Shown here piece after piece: positions 1 to 8,157 of a stretch of DNA of 64,000 nucleotides (the first letter of the stretch is position 1; each line of letters opens with the position of its first letter). The translations under genes and the position numbers were made by a program. The stretch is taken from the NCBI GenBank assembly GCA_902499925.1, contig GCA_902499925.1_4130.1. The stretch is one strand, 5' to 3'. The notes under the pieces were generated by a model. That model saw nothing but the letters and a program-made list of their open reading frames with translations. It was not told where the DNA came from and ran no database searches. Source of the stretch: Escherichia coli (lineage in GTDB: Bacteria > Pseudomonadota > Gammaproteobacteria > Enterobacterales > Enterobacteriaceae).

Positions 1-104
1 TAGCTACTTCCCGCATCAGTTCATCAAAGTTAGCCATTTTATTACTCCTTTTAGTGGGGGAGGATATCTCCCCCTATGCAAAACATTATACGCTTTATTC
101 AGTA

Positions 105-368
105 CTATGCAAGTACTTTTTTCATATAAAGATTATATTCTACACCGCCGTAACCTTCTACGATGATATGTTTTGCGTTATCACGTTTGCATATAGTAAA
201 GGCATCGTTGACGTGTTTTGCATTTTCCAGGGCAACATCGCCGATAGCGGCACATACTGAACTAATAACGATATTCCGCAAAGTACTGGTATCATTAGCG
301 GTCATAGTAGTTTGCAGTACTACGTTGTCGTATACGTGTGCATTGATAGTGATTTCGATAGTGTTCAT
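105..368 (-). CDS. hypothetical small early protein (87 aa)
   Basis: Track ORF 105..422 trimmed to Met19; AGGAGA RBS upstream of ATG; 5'-UTR hairpin (388-409) and promoter-like box upstream. Confidence 0.55.
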   Translation of the reverse strand: MNTIEITINAHVYDNVVLQTTMTANDTSTLRNIVISSVCAAIGDVALENAKHVNDAFTICKRDNAKHIIVEGYGGVEYNLYMKKVLA

Positions 369-455
369 GGTGTATCTCCTGGACTTGAGGGGAAACCATT
401 TCCCCCTCTCGATATAAAACATTATACGTTAATCTAACTACAATGCAAGTACTTT

Positions 456-647
456 TTAAATTTTATTTCCGATATAGTCCGGTCTATTCTTTTCGGTCAT
501 ACGCTTTGCTAATGATTGCATATGGCTTATTGCGTTTAATGTGTCTTCCTCCAGGGATGAATCAACATAATCAGGATCATTCTTCACCTTGCAATGATTA
601 TGATATCGTAGTACTGCCAGTACTTTTTTAACTTCTTCAACTGTCAT
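456..647 (-). CDS. hypothetical protein (63 aa)
   Basis: Minus ORF whose ATG overlaps the stop of 644..916 (ATGA), suggesting translational coupling. Confidence 0.5.
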   Translation of the reverse strand: MTVEEVKKVLAVLRYHNHCKVKNDPDYVDSSLEEDTLNAISHMQSLAKRMTEKNRPDYIGNKI

Positions 648-916
648 AATAAGTATTCCACTTCGTTAGCTTTCAGGTTAGTATCAATCATCAGTGGATT
701 TTTGTAGTTCACAAAACGAGTAGTTTTCTCGATAGCGAATCCCATATAATCCAGCTTACTAACAGTACATTCATTCTTAAAAACTTCTTTCGCTGCATCG
801 ATGGCTGATTGCATGGATAACCGCCCATCTAAGTTAATATTTCCAAATGATCCACCAGCAGAAGTAGGATTACCGTTCATATCTTTAATGATCATAGTAG
901 CGGAGTAGCTGGACAT
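644..916 (-). CDS. hypothetical protein (90 aa)
   Basis: Minus ORF; RBS AAAAGGAAAC before ATG; 5'-UTR hairpin 938-958 and promoter upstream. Confidence 0.6.
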   Translation of the reverse strand: MSSYSATMIIKDMNGNPTSAGGSFGNINLDGRLSMQSAIDAAKEVFKNECTVSKLDYMGFAIEKTTRFVNYKNPLMIDTNLKANEVEYLL

Positions 917-1000
917 AATTTTGTTTCCTTTTAGTATCGGGGAGAACTATTCTCCCCTTGATGTAAACTATTATACAGTACTAATATACTTTGTCAATAC

Positions 1001-1222
1001 TTAATTACGTTTAAAATGATATGTGCCTTTATCATCCTGTACGCCCCATACTGATTTACCATCAACACCAGTGAAACCGGATTGTAATTCAATATGGAAA
1101 CCATTATTATCAACTACAAAAACTTTTTTATTTTCATCCCGATAACATTGATATTCTGAATCAACATTAAAGGCCGCATCATTCAGAAGATTGGAAGCGT
1201 AAATGCAAGTCATTGTAGTCAT
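1001..1222 (-). CDS. hypothetical protein (73 aa)
   Basis: Track ORF trimmed to Met12; RBS TTAAGGAAT; hairpin 1243-1262; promoter TTGCAT-16-TATAAT at 1277-1304. Confidence 0.6.
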   Translation of the reverse strand: MTTMTCIYASNLLNDAAFNVDSEYQCYRDENKKVFVVDNNGFHIELQSGFTGVDGKSVWGVQDDKGTYHFKRN

Positions 1223-1397
1223 GATTTTATTCCTTAATATACCAGGGAGAACCATTTCCCCCTCTCGATATAAAACATTATACTTGATTCTAAGTACAAT
1301 GCAAGTACTTTTTTAAAAATAGTTTTCAGTACTGAATACTTATATAATATATACACTTCCGCACCCTATGGGTCAGTGAGTTATCTCTCAATGAATA

Positions 1398-1437
1398 TAT
1401 AATAGCAAAGGGACTGACCGGAGTCAATCCCTTTTTT
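1398..1437 (-). promoter_or_regulatory. terminator-promoter cassette (early-region variant)
   Basis: Minus strand reads GGGATTGAC-tccg-GTCAGTCCC then TTTGC-TATTAT. Confidence 0.5.
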
Positions 1438-1445
1438 AATCTTTT

Positions 1446-2030
1446 TTATCGTGTTACCTTACTTGCTTCTACATCACGCTTTTTATAGTACTGATTCCAG
1501 ATATTGCGGGTTAAACCGTAATCAAGTACTTTAATAAGTCCATTACGATCCTGGCCGATATTCTGTTTTCTGATATCTCTTATCGTTAGTGTTGATAATG
1601 TATCATCAACGTGTTGTAGTGCATCAGCAAAGCGGTGCTGGCGTTCGATTGCATTACGTTTAATATTGTACTTTAATTCGTTGCACGCGTTAACGTGCTT
1701 CACACTGCCTTTACTTGCAGTACTCAACCGATCCATAACGATAAACATATTATCAGGATCGCATAAATGCATATGCACCTTTGCAAAGTACTGTTTCAAC
1801 TGAGGGCGGTCATAGTCTAAAAAATTCCATACCTTACATTCAGTTTCATTTTGTTCTACACCCGCATCACAATTCGCGACCTTAATCACTAACCGATCAT
1901 TTAAAGCGAAAACTATACGGGAAGAACCAGCACCGATGATCTCCAGGCCAGCTAACCGACAAGCTGAAAGGATCTCTTTGTTGGTTTCCATTTCTGACAG
2001 TGTACGGATGAATTTAGTATAATTACGCAT
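1446..2030 (-). CDS. protein kinase-like mini-kinase (194 aa)
   Basis: Track ORF trimmed to Met20 with RBS AAGGAGA; Gly-rich loop IGAGSSRIV, VIKV lysine, catalytic-loop-like RDIRKQN and DYG 18 residues later; protein ends about 20 aa after DYG. Confidence 0.55.
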   Translation of the reverse strand: MRNYTKFIRTLSEMETNKEILSACRLAGLEIIGAGSSRIVFALNDRLVIKVANCDAGVEQNETECKVWNFLDYDRPQLKQYFAKVHMHLCDPDNMFIVMDRLSTASKGSVKHVNACNELKYNIKRNAIERQHRFADALQHVDDTLSTLTIRDIRKQNIGQDRNGLIKVLDYGLTRNIWNQYYKKRDVEASKVTR

Positions 2031-2061
2031 TGTTTTATCTCCTTGAGTTAATGAAACTATA

Positions 2062-2304
2062 TTACAGTACTTTACTATCAATGGCAACTACTTTTTTAAC
2101 ATTAACGGCGTGGATCACTTCCTTCGTGTTTTTAGTACTGAATACTTTCGCCGCACCATTCACGACCGTGATACGATAGCGACCATTAACATCAACCATA
2201 TTAATAAAGTCCGGCGTGCTGAATGGTGTTGTTTTACATTTCAGTACTGTTAACAGTTCCACCAGCGATGTAGTTTCTTTGATACGTTTTTCTAAAGTAA
2301 TCAT
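2062..2304 (-). CDS. hypothetical protein (80 aa)
   Basis: Trimmed to Met20; RBS GGGGGAAACAAA; promoter TTGACA-17-TACTAT upstream; upstream region duplicated at 2580-2640. Confidence 0.5.
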   Translation of the reverse strand: MITLEKRIKETTSLVELLTVLKCKTTPFSTPDFINMVDVNGRYRITVVNGAAKVFSTKNTKEVIHAVNVKKVVAIDSKVL

Positions 2305-2361
2305 TTTGTTTCCCCCGTGTTGGTATGTACATATAGTACTAAAACATTTGAGTACTGTCAA

Positions 2362-2580
2362 TTAGATAATATTATATTTCTTAAAATAAAATGCGTCCTG
2401 TGTTGGTTGATACTCGATACCGTTACCGTTATTGACTTCAACTAATAAACCTTTGTCAATAAGTTTTTTAATAGTACGATACCCTTGTTGAAAATTGGTA
2501 AAATGTGAATCATTACGAAAGGTATAACCGTGCTTAACTGCTTCATCAATAGTTTTCTTTTCGATTTTAGATAATTTCAT
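2362..2580 (-). CDS. hypothetical protein (72 aa)
   Basis: Trimmed to Met20; RBS GGGAGAAACAAA; upstream leader nearly identical to that of 2062..2304. Confidence 0.5.
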   Translation of the reverse strand: MKLSKIEKKTIDEAVKHGYTFRNDSHFTNFQQGYRTIKKLIDKGLLVEVNNGNGIEYQPTQDAFYFKKYNII

Positions 2581-2633
2581 TTTGTTTCTCCCGTGTTGGT
2601 ATATGTACATAGTACTAAAACAATTGAGTACTG

Positions 2634-2888
2634 TCAACGTGATATTAGTTTTATTTTCTTATTATATTGTTGGTGTTCATATAGGTTTATCTTTCCTGTG
2701 TTCTCTATTACTATTCTGTTGTTAGTGTCTACATCGATTACACGCAGTTTTCCGTTGCTTAACTTCCTTGGTAATAGGTTACCATTAATAAACTCATTAG
2801 CAAGCTGTACGGCCTTTGTGATGATTCTCTGAGGTGCTTTATAGTGTACCCGCAAGATATTATCTTTATATAGTTGAACCTTAATCAT
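2634..2888 (-). CDS. hypothetical protein (84 aa)
   Basis: Minus ORF; RBS AGGATAAACTAAA directly after terminator hairpin of upstream gene. Confidence 0.55.
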   Translation of the reverse strand: MIKVQLYKDNILRVHYKAPQRIITKAVQLANEFINGNLLPRKLSNGKLRVIDVDTNNRIVIENTGKINLYEHQQYNKKIKLISR

Positions 2889-2902
2889 TTTAGTTTATCC
2901 TA

Positions 2903-2928
2903 TAAAAAAGGCGGGAACTGATCCCGCC
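2903..2928 (-). terminator. intrinsic terminator (hairpin GGCGGGATCAGTTCCCGCC + U-run on minus RNA)
   Basis: GC-rich inverted repeat followed by T6 in the direction of minus-strand transcription, immediately 3' of 2951..3346. Confidence 0.55.
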
Positions 2929-2950
2929 GTGTTGTTAGTACTGCAAGTTA

Positions 2951-3346
2951 TTAGATAACCTGGCGGCGTTTACTGTATACTGTTACACGATTACCCTTAC
3001 GGTCGTGTCGGATCTCTTTCTGGTTGCGAATCAGTTCACTTGGACGCTTAAGGTTTGCCAGGTGATCCGCGTGAGTCCAAGCGGTATGGTTTACCTGTAC
3101 TTTGATATCAGAACCAGCGATAAACTCATCTTGTGCGTTAAGTACTGCCGCCAGATCTTCCGCTCGTTTTAGTTCTGCTGCTGTTAGTACTGGCTCAGGT
3201 GAATTCACAATATCAGAGATCTCTTTGAACTGTACGGCCCAACGTTGGCCTTTCGGTGCATCTTTGCCCATGTCTTTAAATGCTGCTCCTTCCTCGCGTG
3301 CAACAATACGGGCAGCTTCACGGGTAGCGTAGAATTTAGTAATCAT
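2951..3346 (-). CDS. hypothetical protein (131 aa); paralog of 15602..15865
   Basis: Minus ORF, start at Met4 with AGGA RBS; shares KFYATREAARI...FKDMG...RWA...DRKGNRVTVY with 15602..15865. Confidence 0.6.
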   Translation of the reverse strand: MITKFYATREAARIVAREEGAAFKDMGKDAPKGQRWAVQFKEISDIVNSPEPVLTAAELKRAEDLAAVLNAQDEFIAGSDIKVQVNHTAWTHADHLANLKRPSELIRNQKEIRHDRKGNRVTVYSKRRQVI

Positions 3347-3441
3347 GGTATACATCCTATTAGTTAAGTTAGTACTACAAGTTAGAGTCTATTATAAAGT
3401 ACTATCTGGGCAATGTCAAATAGTACTTTAAATGGATTCTA

Positions 3442-3765
3442 TTACATGTCTTTCTTACGTTTTACATCGTAGTAGCGAACTGTTATTTCTTTGTTAATCT
3501 CTTTTTCGATGTGGTGAATAACTTTTTCTTTCGGGTTGAAACCTATAACGGTTTCTTTAATGATCTCCAAACCAGTGTATTCGCCTTGTGTGCCGTAACC
3601 GTATGTAAAGGTTTCATGTCCCAGGTCTTCCCAGCGGTCGCCAATTAACGCAGACACGTAGCAAGAGTGGTAAGTATTGCCGTGTGAATCAGTCCACCGA
3701 TTAACTTTAATGTCAAAGGAGGTTACAATTTTCAATTCTACTTTCTGGGCAAGGATCATAGCCAT
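3442..3765 (-). CDS. hypothetical protein (107 aa); paralog of 10290..10613
   Basis: Minus ORF; shares RWTDSHGNTYHSC(Y/H)VS and FTYGY motifs with 10290..10613; promoter 3822-3850 and hairpin 3789-3807 upstream. Confidence 0.6.
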   Translation of the reverse strand: MAMILAQKVELKIVTSFDIKVNRWTDSHGNTYHSCYVSALIGDRWEDLGHETFTYGYGTQGEYTGLEIIKETVIGFNPKEKVIHHIEKEINKEITVRYYDVKRKKDM

Positions 3766-3788
3766 TTTTATTTCTCTCTTTTAGTTAG

Positions 3789-3807
3789 GAGGGGAACCAT
3801 TCCCCTC
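3789..3807 (-). promoter_or_regulatory. 5'-UTR stem-loop (family member)
   Basis: GAGGGGAA-loop-TTCCCCTC inverted repeat between promoter and RBS. Confidence 0.5.
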
Positions 3808-3821
3808 ACTTGATGTAAACT

Positions 3822-3850
3822 ATTATACAGTACTAAGATACTTTGTCAAT
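3822..3850 (-). promoter_or_regulatory. sigma70-like early promoter (TTGACA-16/17-TATAAT)
   Basis: Reverse complement reads TTGACAaagtatcttagtactgTATAAT. Confidence 0.6.
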
Positions 3851-3852
3851 AC

Positions 3853-4035
3853 TTATTTTTTGGAAAGTTTACGCATTAATTCTACGCTTTCTTGTGAACG
3901 TTTTGCTACCTGGCAAGCTGCATGGACAGTAAACATTTTTGTATAGTCTGACGCTTTGCCACCGAACCGAGCGGCACGTTCACGGGCACTTGGAACTAAT
4001 ACTATTTCTTTCTTGCAGATAGTGCACTTAGCCAT
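3853..4035 (-). CDS. small CxxC protein (60 aa)
   Basis: Trimmed to Met16 (MAKCTICKKE); RBS GAGAGAAATAAAA; hairpin upstream. Confidence 0.5.
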   Translation of the reverse strand: MAKCTICKKEIVLVPSARERAARFGGKASDYTKMFTVHAACQVAKRSQESVELMRKLSKK

Positions 4036-4123
4036 TTTTATTTCTCTCTCTTTGTTAGGAGGGGAACCGTTTCCCCTCACTCGATGTAAACTATTATACA
4101 GTACTAAGATACTTTGTCAATAC

Positions 4124-4399
4124 TTAATTATTGTAAATGTCGTGAATAGTGATAAAGTTTTTACGACCGTAAACCTGCAAATCAATATCAATGTAGTGCT
4201 TATCTAGTACATCCTCGACGCTTAACGCGGTGTCGTGGATATCTTCGTAGAATTGAGGATCTACAATCTTGCTTAAGTCATCCGGCGTTAACTTATCGTT
4301 AAGCCATTGAACCGCCTGGATATCTGCTTCACGTTTCCAGTCTTCCAGGTTAGTAGTCAGTACTTGTTCGATTTCGTTAGCTGTCAGTAGAATCCGCAT
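4124..4399 (-). CDS. hypothetical acidic protein (91 aa)
   Basis: Minus ORF; RBS AAGGAAACATAAAA. Confidence 0.6.
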   Translation of the reverse strand: MRILLTANEIEQVLTTNLEDWKREADIQAVQWLNDKLTPDDLSKIVDPQFYEDIHDTALSVEDVLDKHYIDIDLQVYGRKNFITIHDIYNN

Positions 4400-4665
4400 T
4401 TTTATGTTTCCTTATCAGTGGTTGATGTAAGTATTATACTCTTTTACTTTCTATTGTCAAACTATTTTATCAGGGGAGGTTTTCTTATGTCTTACTCCTG
4501 GACTACTTAACGGGGTTACTTGTTTCGTTCCCCGTCCTGATGTAAAACATTATACTTGATTCTAAGTACAATGCAAGTACTTTTTTAAAAATAGTTTTCA
4601 GTACTAGCCACCAGCATATAATAGATACATTTATGCACCCTGTGGGCTGATTTGTTTCTATGCGT

Positions 4666-4705
4666 ATATAATAGCAAAGGGACTGACCGGAGTCAATCCC
4701 TTTTT
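4666..4705 (-). promoter_or_regulatory. terminator-promoter cassette (early-region variant)
   Basis: Same element as 1398-1437. Confidence 0.5.
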
Positions 4706-4714
4706 CAATTATTT

Positions 4715-4864
4715 TTAAACTTCTTTCGGGTTGCGATAGGTGATAGCGTTCGGGTACATTTGTTTAATGTTATTCCATGCCTGGTTAACATTGTAACCAC
4801 TTGAGCGAATCAGTTGGTTACTACCGACACCTTGAAACACTACTTCGAATAAGAATTCTTTCAT
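4715..4864 (-). CDS. hypothetical small protein (49 aa)
   Basis: Untracked ORF MKEFLFEVVFQGVGSNQ...; ATG overlaps TGA of 4861..5034 (ATGA); followed by terminator cassette 4666-4705. Confidence 0.35.
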   Translation of the reverse strand: MKEFLFEVVFQGVGSNQLIRSSGYNVNQAWNNIKQMYPNAITYRNPKEV

Positions 4865-5034
4865 GCTTTCACCTCGCGATCTGCTTTACCTTTACGCCAG
4901 GACATTACTAATTGTTCGCGTTGCCATAAGTCGAGTGATACAAAAAGTTTTGCGGTATCACTTTTAGGATACTCGCCATTAGTACCTAACCGATAAAACA
5001 GATCTTTCAGTACTGATAATTCTACTTGGATCAT
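4861..5034 (-). CDS. hypothetical protein (57 aa)
   Basis: Track ORF 4861..5136 trimmed to Met35 (MIQVELS) with RBS AGAGGAAAG; hairpin upstream. Confidence 0.5.
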   Translation of the reverse strand: MIQVELSVLKDLFYRLGTNGEYPKSDTAKLFVSLDLWQREQLVMSWRKGKADREVKA

Positions 5035-5120
5035 TATACTTTCCTCTTTGTTGGGAGGGGAACTATTCCCCTCTCGATATAAAACATTATACACTTTATT
5101 CAGTACTGTGCAAGTACTTT

Positions 5121-5333
5121 TTAATCTTTCAGCCAATGATCCTGAATGAATTTTTCGCCGGAACCTTGCTGCATAGATTGTAACAGACGTTCACGATGAG
5201 CGGCGGCGAATTGCTCAGTACTATGCGTTACACCTGGTTGATATCTGGATTCACCATTGGGGGCGATGTATTGTACATCCCACGGTTTTTCGTTAGTATC
5301 AGACCATTTACGAACGATTAGTTGACCTTGCAT
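5121..5333 (-). CDS. hypothetical protein (70 aa)
   Basis: Minus ORF; RBS AGAGGAAAGAAAA; hairpin GGGGAGAATCATTTCTCCCC upstream. Confidence 0.6.
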   Translation of the reverse strand: MQGQLIVRKWSDTNEKPWDVQYIAPNGESRYQPGVTHSTEQFAAAHRERLLQSMQQGSGEKFIQDHWLKD

Positions 5334-5416
5334 TTTTCTTTCCTCTTAGTGGGGAGAATCATTTCTCCCCTTCATGTAAACTATTATACAGTACTAGATT
5401 ATCTTGTCAATAGTTT

Positions 5417-5740
5417 TTATTCACCTTGTTTGAATTTAGTTTTCTCCATTGATTCCATGATTGCAACCAATACACCGTGGATCTCGCTTAACGCGGAATC
5501 ACTAAAAGCATTAATGAATAGTCGATCATTCTCGCGAATATTTTTAATGTACTTTTCAGCAGTAGTTGCGAATTCATTCAACGGTAGATCAAATGCTTTA
5601 TCCCATGATGGATGGCGTAATTGTAACAGTACTGGATTATCACGATCACCAGGGGAAAACGTACCAGTGATGAAACATACGCCCGGAATACTTTCGAACT
5701 GGCAACGGACTTCCTTTGTGATAGTAGTATGAATGTACAT
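5417..5740 (-). CDS. hypothetical protein (107 aa)
   Basis: Minus ORF; RBS AGAGGATAACAATAA. Confidence 0.6.
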   Translation of the reverse strand: MYIHTTITKEVRCQFESIPGVCFITGTFSPGDRDNPVLLQLRHPSWDKAFDLPLNEFATTAEKYIKNIRENDRLFINAFSDSALSEIHGVLVAIMESMEKTKFKQGE

Positions 5741-5767
5741 TTATTGTTATCCTCTATTAAATTAATA

Positions 5768-5956
5768 TTACAGTTTATGAATCAATTCTTTATCTAAGCG
5801 ATAGCGTACATTATTAATGGTAACAGCATTATTTTTAATGCTACGCTGTACAGGTCCACCAGCAATAACAAATGTTGCTTTATTACCCCGAACAATGATA
5901 GCACTTCCAGGATTACCGAAATCATCTTGTACTAAAATACTTGATAAGTTTTCCAT
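5768..5956 (-). CDS. hypothetical protein (62 aa)
   Basis: Minus ORF; RBS AGAGGAAATAAAA; hairpin upstream. Confidence 0.55.
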   Translation of the reverse strand: MENLSSILVQDDFGNPGSAIIVRGNKATFVIAGGPVQRSIKNNAVTINNVRYRLDKELIHKL

Positions 5957-6034
5957 TTTTATTTCCTCTTAGTAGGGGAAGATGTTTCCCCTTGATGTAA
6001 GTACTATAACAGTACTGAAAACTAAATGCAAGTA

Positions 6035-6391
6035 CTATGATAAAATCATGATAGGATATTCACTATCGATCAGTACCTCGAATCCGAAACCTTCGTACCA
6101 TTCTTTAAGATTAAAGGCGTTATCTTCTCCCGTATCGCATTCTAAGATGATACAATCTGAATCATCAGCGGCATCGATAAAGGCATTCATTAATTCGTTA
6201 CCTTCACCATTGCCCCGACTATCAGGATCAACATAAAGAGAATCAATAAACGCTACACGGTCATAATCAAGATCCGGTGCAATGATTCCACGTTTAACAA
6301 ACCAGTACTGCAATTGTGCTACTTTGCCCTGTACTTGATAGCCAGTGATCTCGCCATTGTCAGTAGTACGCGTGATATGTTGTATTCCCAT
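6035..6391 (-). CDS. GNAT-like N-acetyltransferase (118 aa), tentative
   Basis: Motif VDPDSRGNGEGNELMNAF resembles the GNAT acetyl-CoA-binding motif A; RBS GAGGATAG; TATAAT box upstream. Confidence 0.5.
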   Translation of the reverse strand: MGIQHITRTTDNGEITGYQVQGKVAQLQYWFVKRGIIAPDLDYDRVAFIDSLYVDPDSRGNGEGNELMNAFIDAADDSDCIILECDTGEDNAFNLKEWYEGFGFEVLIDSEYPIMILS

Positions 6392-6455
6392 GATTACTAT
6401 CCTCAGTTAAGATATAAAACATTATACACTATCTTTCAGTACTGTCAATTACTTT

Positions 6456-6713
6456 TTATCTCATAGATCTATGCCAACAATTACGCGGGGGACGTTTAAA
6501 AGTACTATCATGATCCTCCTGGCAAGTAATGCAGTACATGCACCCTATAACGGCCTGGCGTCGATTCTCAGGGATTTTATCGCCGCAGTCGAGGCAATGT
6601 ACTAGTGATTCTCTTTGTGCGTTAATTTGCTTTCTAGCGTGGTTGACGGCGGCCTGAATCACTGCGTTGATCTCGTCTTGTTCGGCCCCGTCTTTCGCGT
6701 ATCCTACTGCCAT
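6456..6713 (-). CDS. TraR/DksA-family C4 zinc-finger protein (85 aa)
   Basis: C-x2-C...C-x2-C arrangement (CLDCGDKIPENRRQAV...CITCQ) typical of TraR/DksA zinc fingers; RBS GAGGTTAAAATA. Confidence 0.6.
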   Translation of the reverse strand: MAVGYAKDGAEQDEINAVIQAAVNHARKQINAQRESLVHCLDCGDKIPENRRQAVIGCMYCITCQEDHDSTFKRPPRNCWHRSMR

Positions 6714-7042
6714 TATTTTAACCTCATTATAAAAATACTATAGTACTGTAATGCTACAATAATACTACTAGTGTTTATCTTATTCAAACCATATGATACT
6801 ACATATCCATCAGCATTACCACGGATAGTAACGCCTTTGTACTGTCTATATAAATTCAACTGCGTATATTGCCTTTGATCAAGAATTGATCAGAATTATA
6901 CGCCTTATGCTAAATTAATCCAGTACTTTTTTGATCATTTATTGATCGATATTATATAGTTACATTTGTGCACCCTATGGGTTAGTGACGTTCTCGTCTT
7001 GATGTAAGTATTATGCCAGTACTGGAGGATATTGTCAATAGA

Positions 7043-7246
7043 TTATTTTAATTTTTTTCTGTCATTGATTAATGCTTTCAGTACTATACTAATAACTTGC
7101 AATGATTCATCAATGACAATGAAATTATTCTCTTTCATTAGATGATAGTTACCATTGATTGTATATTCTAACGAGTACTGTTTACGTTTAATTTTTGATA
7201 ATGTTTCTATTTGTTTTTGTACTGATTTCATGCTAATCATTGTCAA
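7043..7246 (-). CDS. hypothetical protein (67 aa)
   Basis: Minus ORF; weak RBS; follows terminator-like hairpin 7314-7339. Confidence 0.4.
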   Translation of the reverse strand: MTMISMKSVQKQIETLSKIKRKQYSLEYTINGNYHLMKENNFIVIDESLQVISIVLKALINDRKKLK

Positions 7247-7345
7247 ACGTCCTGTAACGCATTCTAACGAGATAAACGGTTTAGTACTGGCATTGTATAG
7301 GGTAAATGATTAAAGCCCACCAGCGTTAACCAGTGGGCTATAATC

Positions 7346-7489
7346 TTACATCTTGCGGATAATCTTAACAGTATCTTTCACCGATTTACCGTTTTGCTGA
7401 CATTGCTCGATCATCGCGTATTGTTCTGCGGTCAGATCCTCGCCAGTTTTTGCCAGTACTGCGTCGATGAATGAATCCAGTGCGATCAT
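7346..7489 (-). CDS. hypothetical small protein (47 aa)
   Basis: Untracked ORF MIALDSFIDAVLAKTGEDL...; RBS AGAGAGAAACAAA. Confidence 0.35.
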   Translation of the reverse strand: MIALDSFIDAVLAKTGEDLTAEQYAMIEQCQQNGKSVKDTVKIIRKM

Positions 7490-7588
7490 TTTGTTTCTCT
7501 CTTAGGTTAAGTTAACTACTGTTTATAAAACTTATTATACAGTACTATCAAACGTTGTCAATATCTTTAATAGTACTGGTAATATATT

Positions 7589-7768
7589 TTAGCGGTAATC
7601 GTCGTATGCTTTATTCACCTGGCGAATGTAACTTTCAAAGGCTTCGTCTACCGTTTCATACTCCCGAACATAATCACCATAGGAAACTACATACATACCT
7701 TTTTGATCTTCAAACGTCATGATGATAGAATCCAGGCCGATGATTTCAGTTTTTGCGATGATAGCCAT
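7589..7768 (-). CDS. hypothetical protein (59 aa)
   Basis: Trimmed to Met22; RBS AAGGAATTAAAA. Confidence 0.5.
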   Translation of the reverse strand: MAIIAKTEIIGLDSIIMTFEDQKGMYVVSYGDYVREYETVDEAFESYIRQVNKAYDDYR

Positions 7769-7850
7769 TTTTAATTCCTTAGTAGTGTAGTTGATAAAAG
7801 TTATTATGCCAGTACTATCAATCAGTGTCAATAGTACTGTGATAATATTT

Positions 7851-8063
7851 TTAGTTAATGATAGTCAGTGTAAAATTGTAATCCCCTGCCTGGTATAGTA
7901 CTTTGTCGCCGAACGTTCCAACACGTTTCATATTGCAATAGATACCCATAACACTTTTTACATCTTTGATATTCCGAACGCCAGTAATATCCTTGTTTAA
8001 ATGATCGTGATCAGAAAATAAAACTTGTTTTGCATTTTTCAGTACAGTGCAGATATTAGCCAT
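7851..8063 (-). CDS. hypothetical protein (70 aa)
   Basis: Minus ORF; hairpin 8084-8103 and promoter upstream. Confidence 0.55.
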   Translation of the reverse strand: MANICTVLKNAKQVLFSDHDHLNKDITGVRNIKDVKSVMGIYCNMKRVGTFGDKVLYQAGDYNFTLTIIN

Positions 8064-8083
8064 TTTGTTTTCTCTCTGTTAGT

Positions 8084-8103
8084 GGGGAGAATCATTTCTC
8101 CCC
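8084..8103 (-). promoter_or_regulatory. 5'-UTR stem-loop (family member)
   Basis: Perfect 8-bp inverted repeat GGGGAGAA-tcat-TTCTCCCC. Confidence 0.5.
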
Positions 8104-8157
8104 TTGATGTAAACTATTATACAGTACTATAATCTATTGTCAAACTATTTTTTTATA

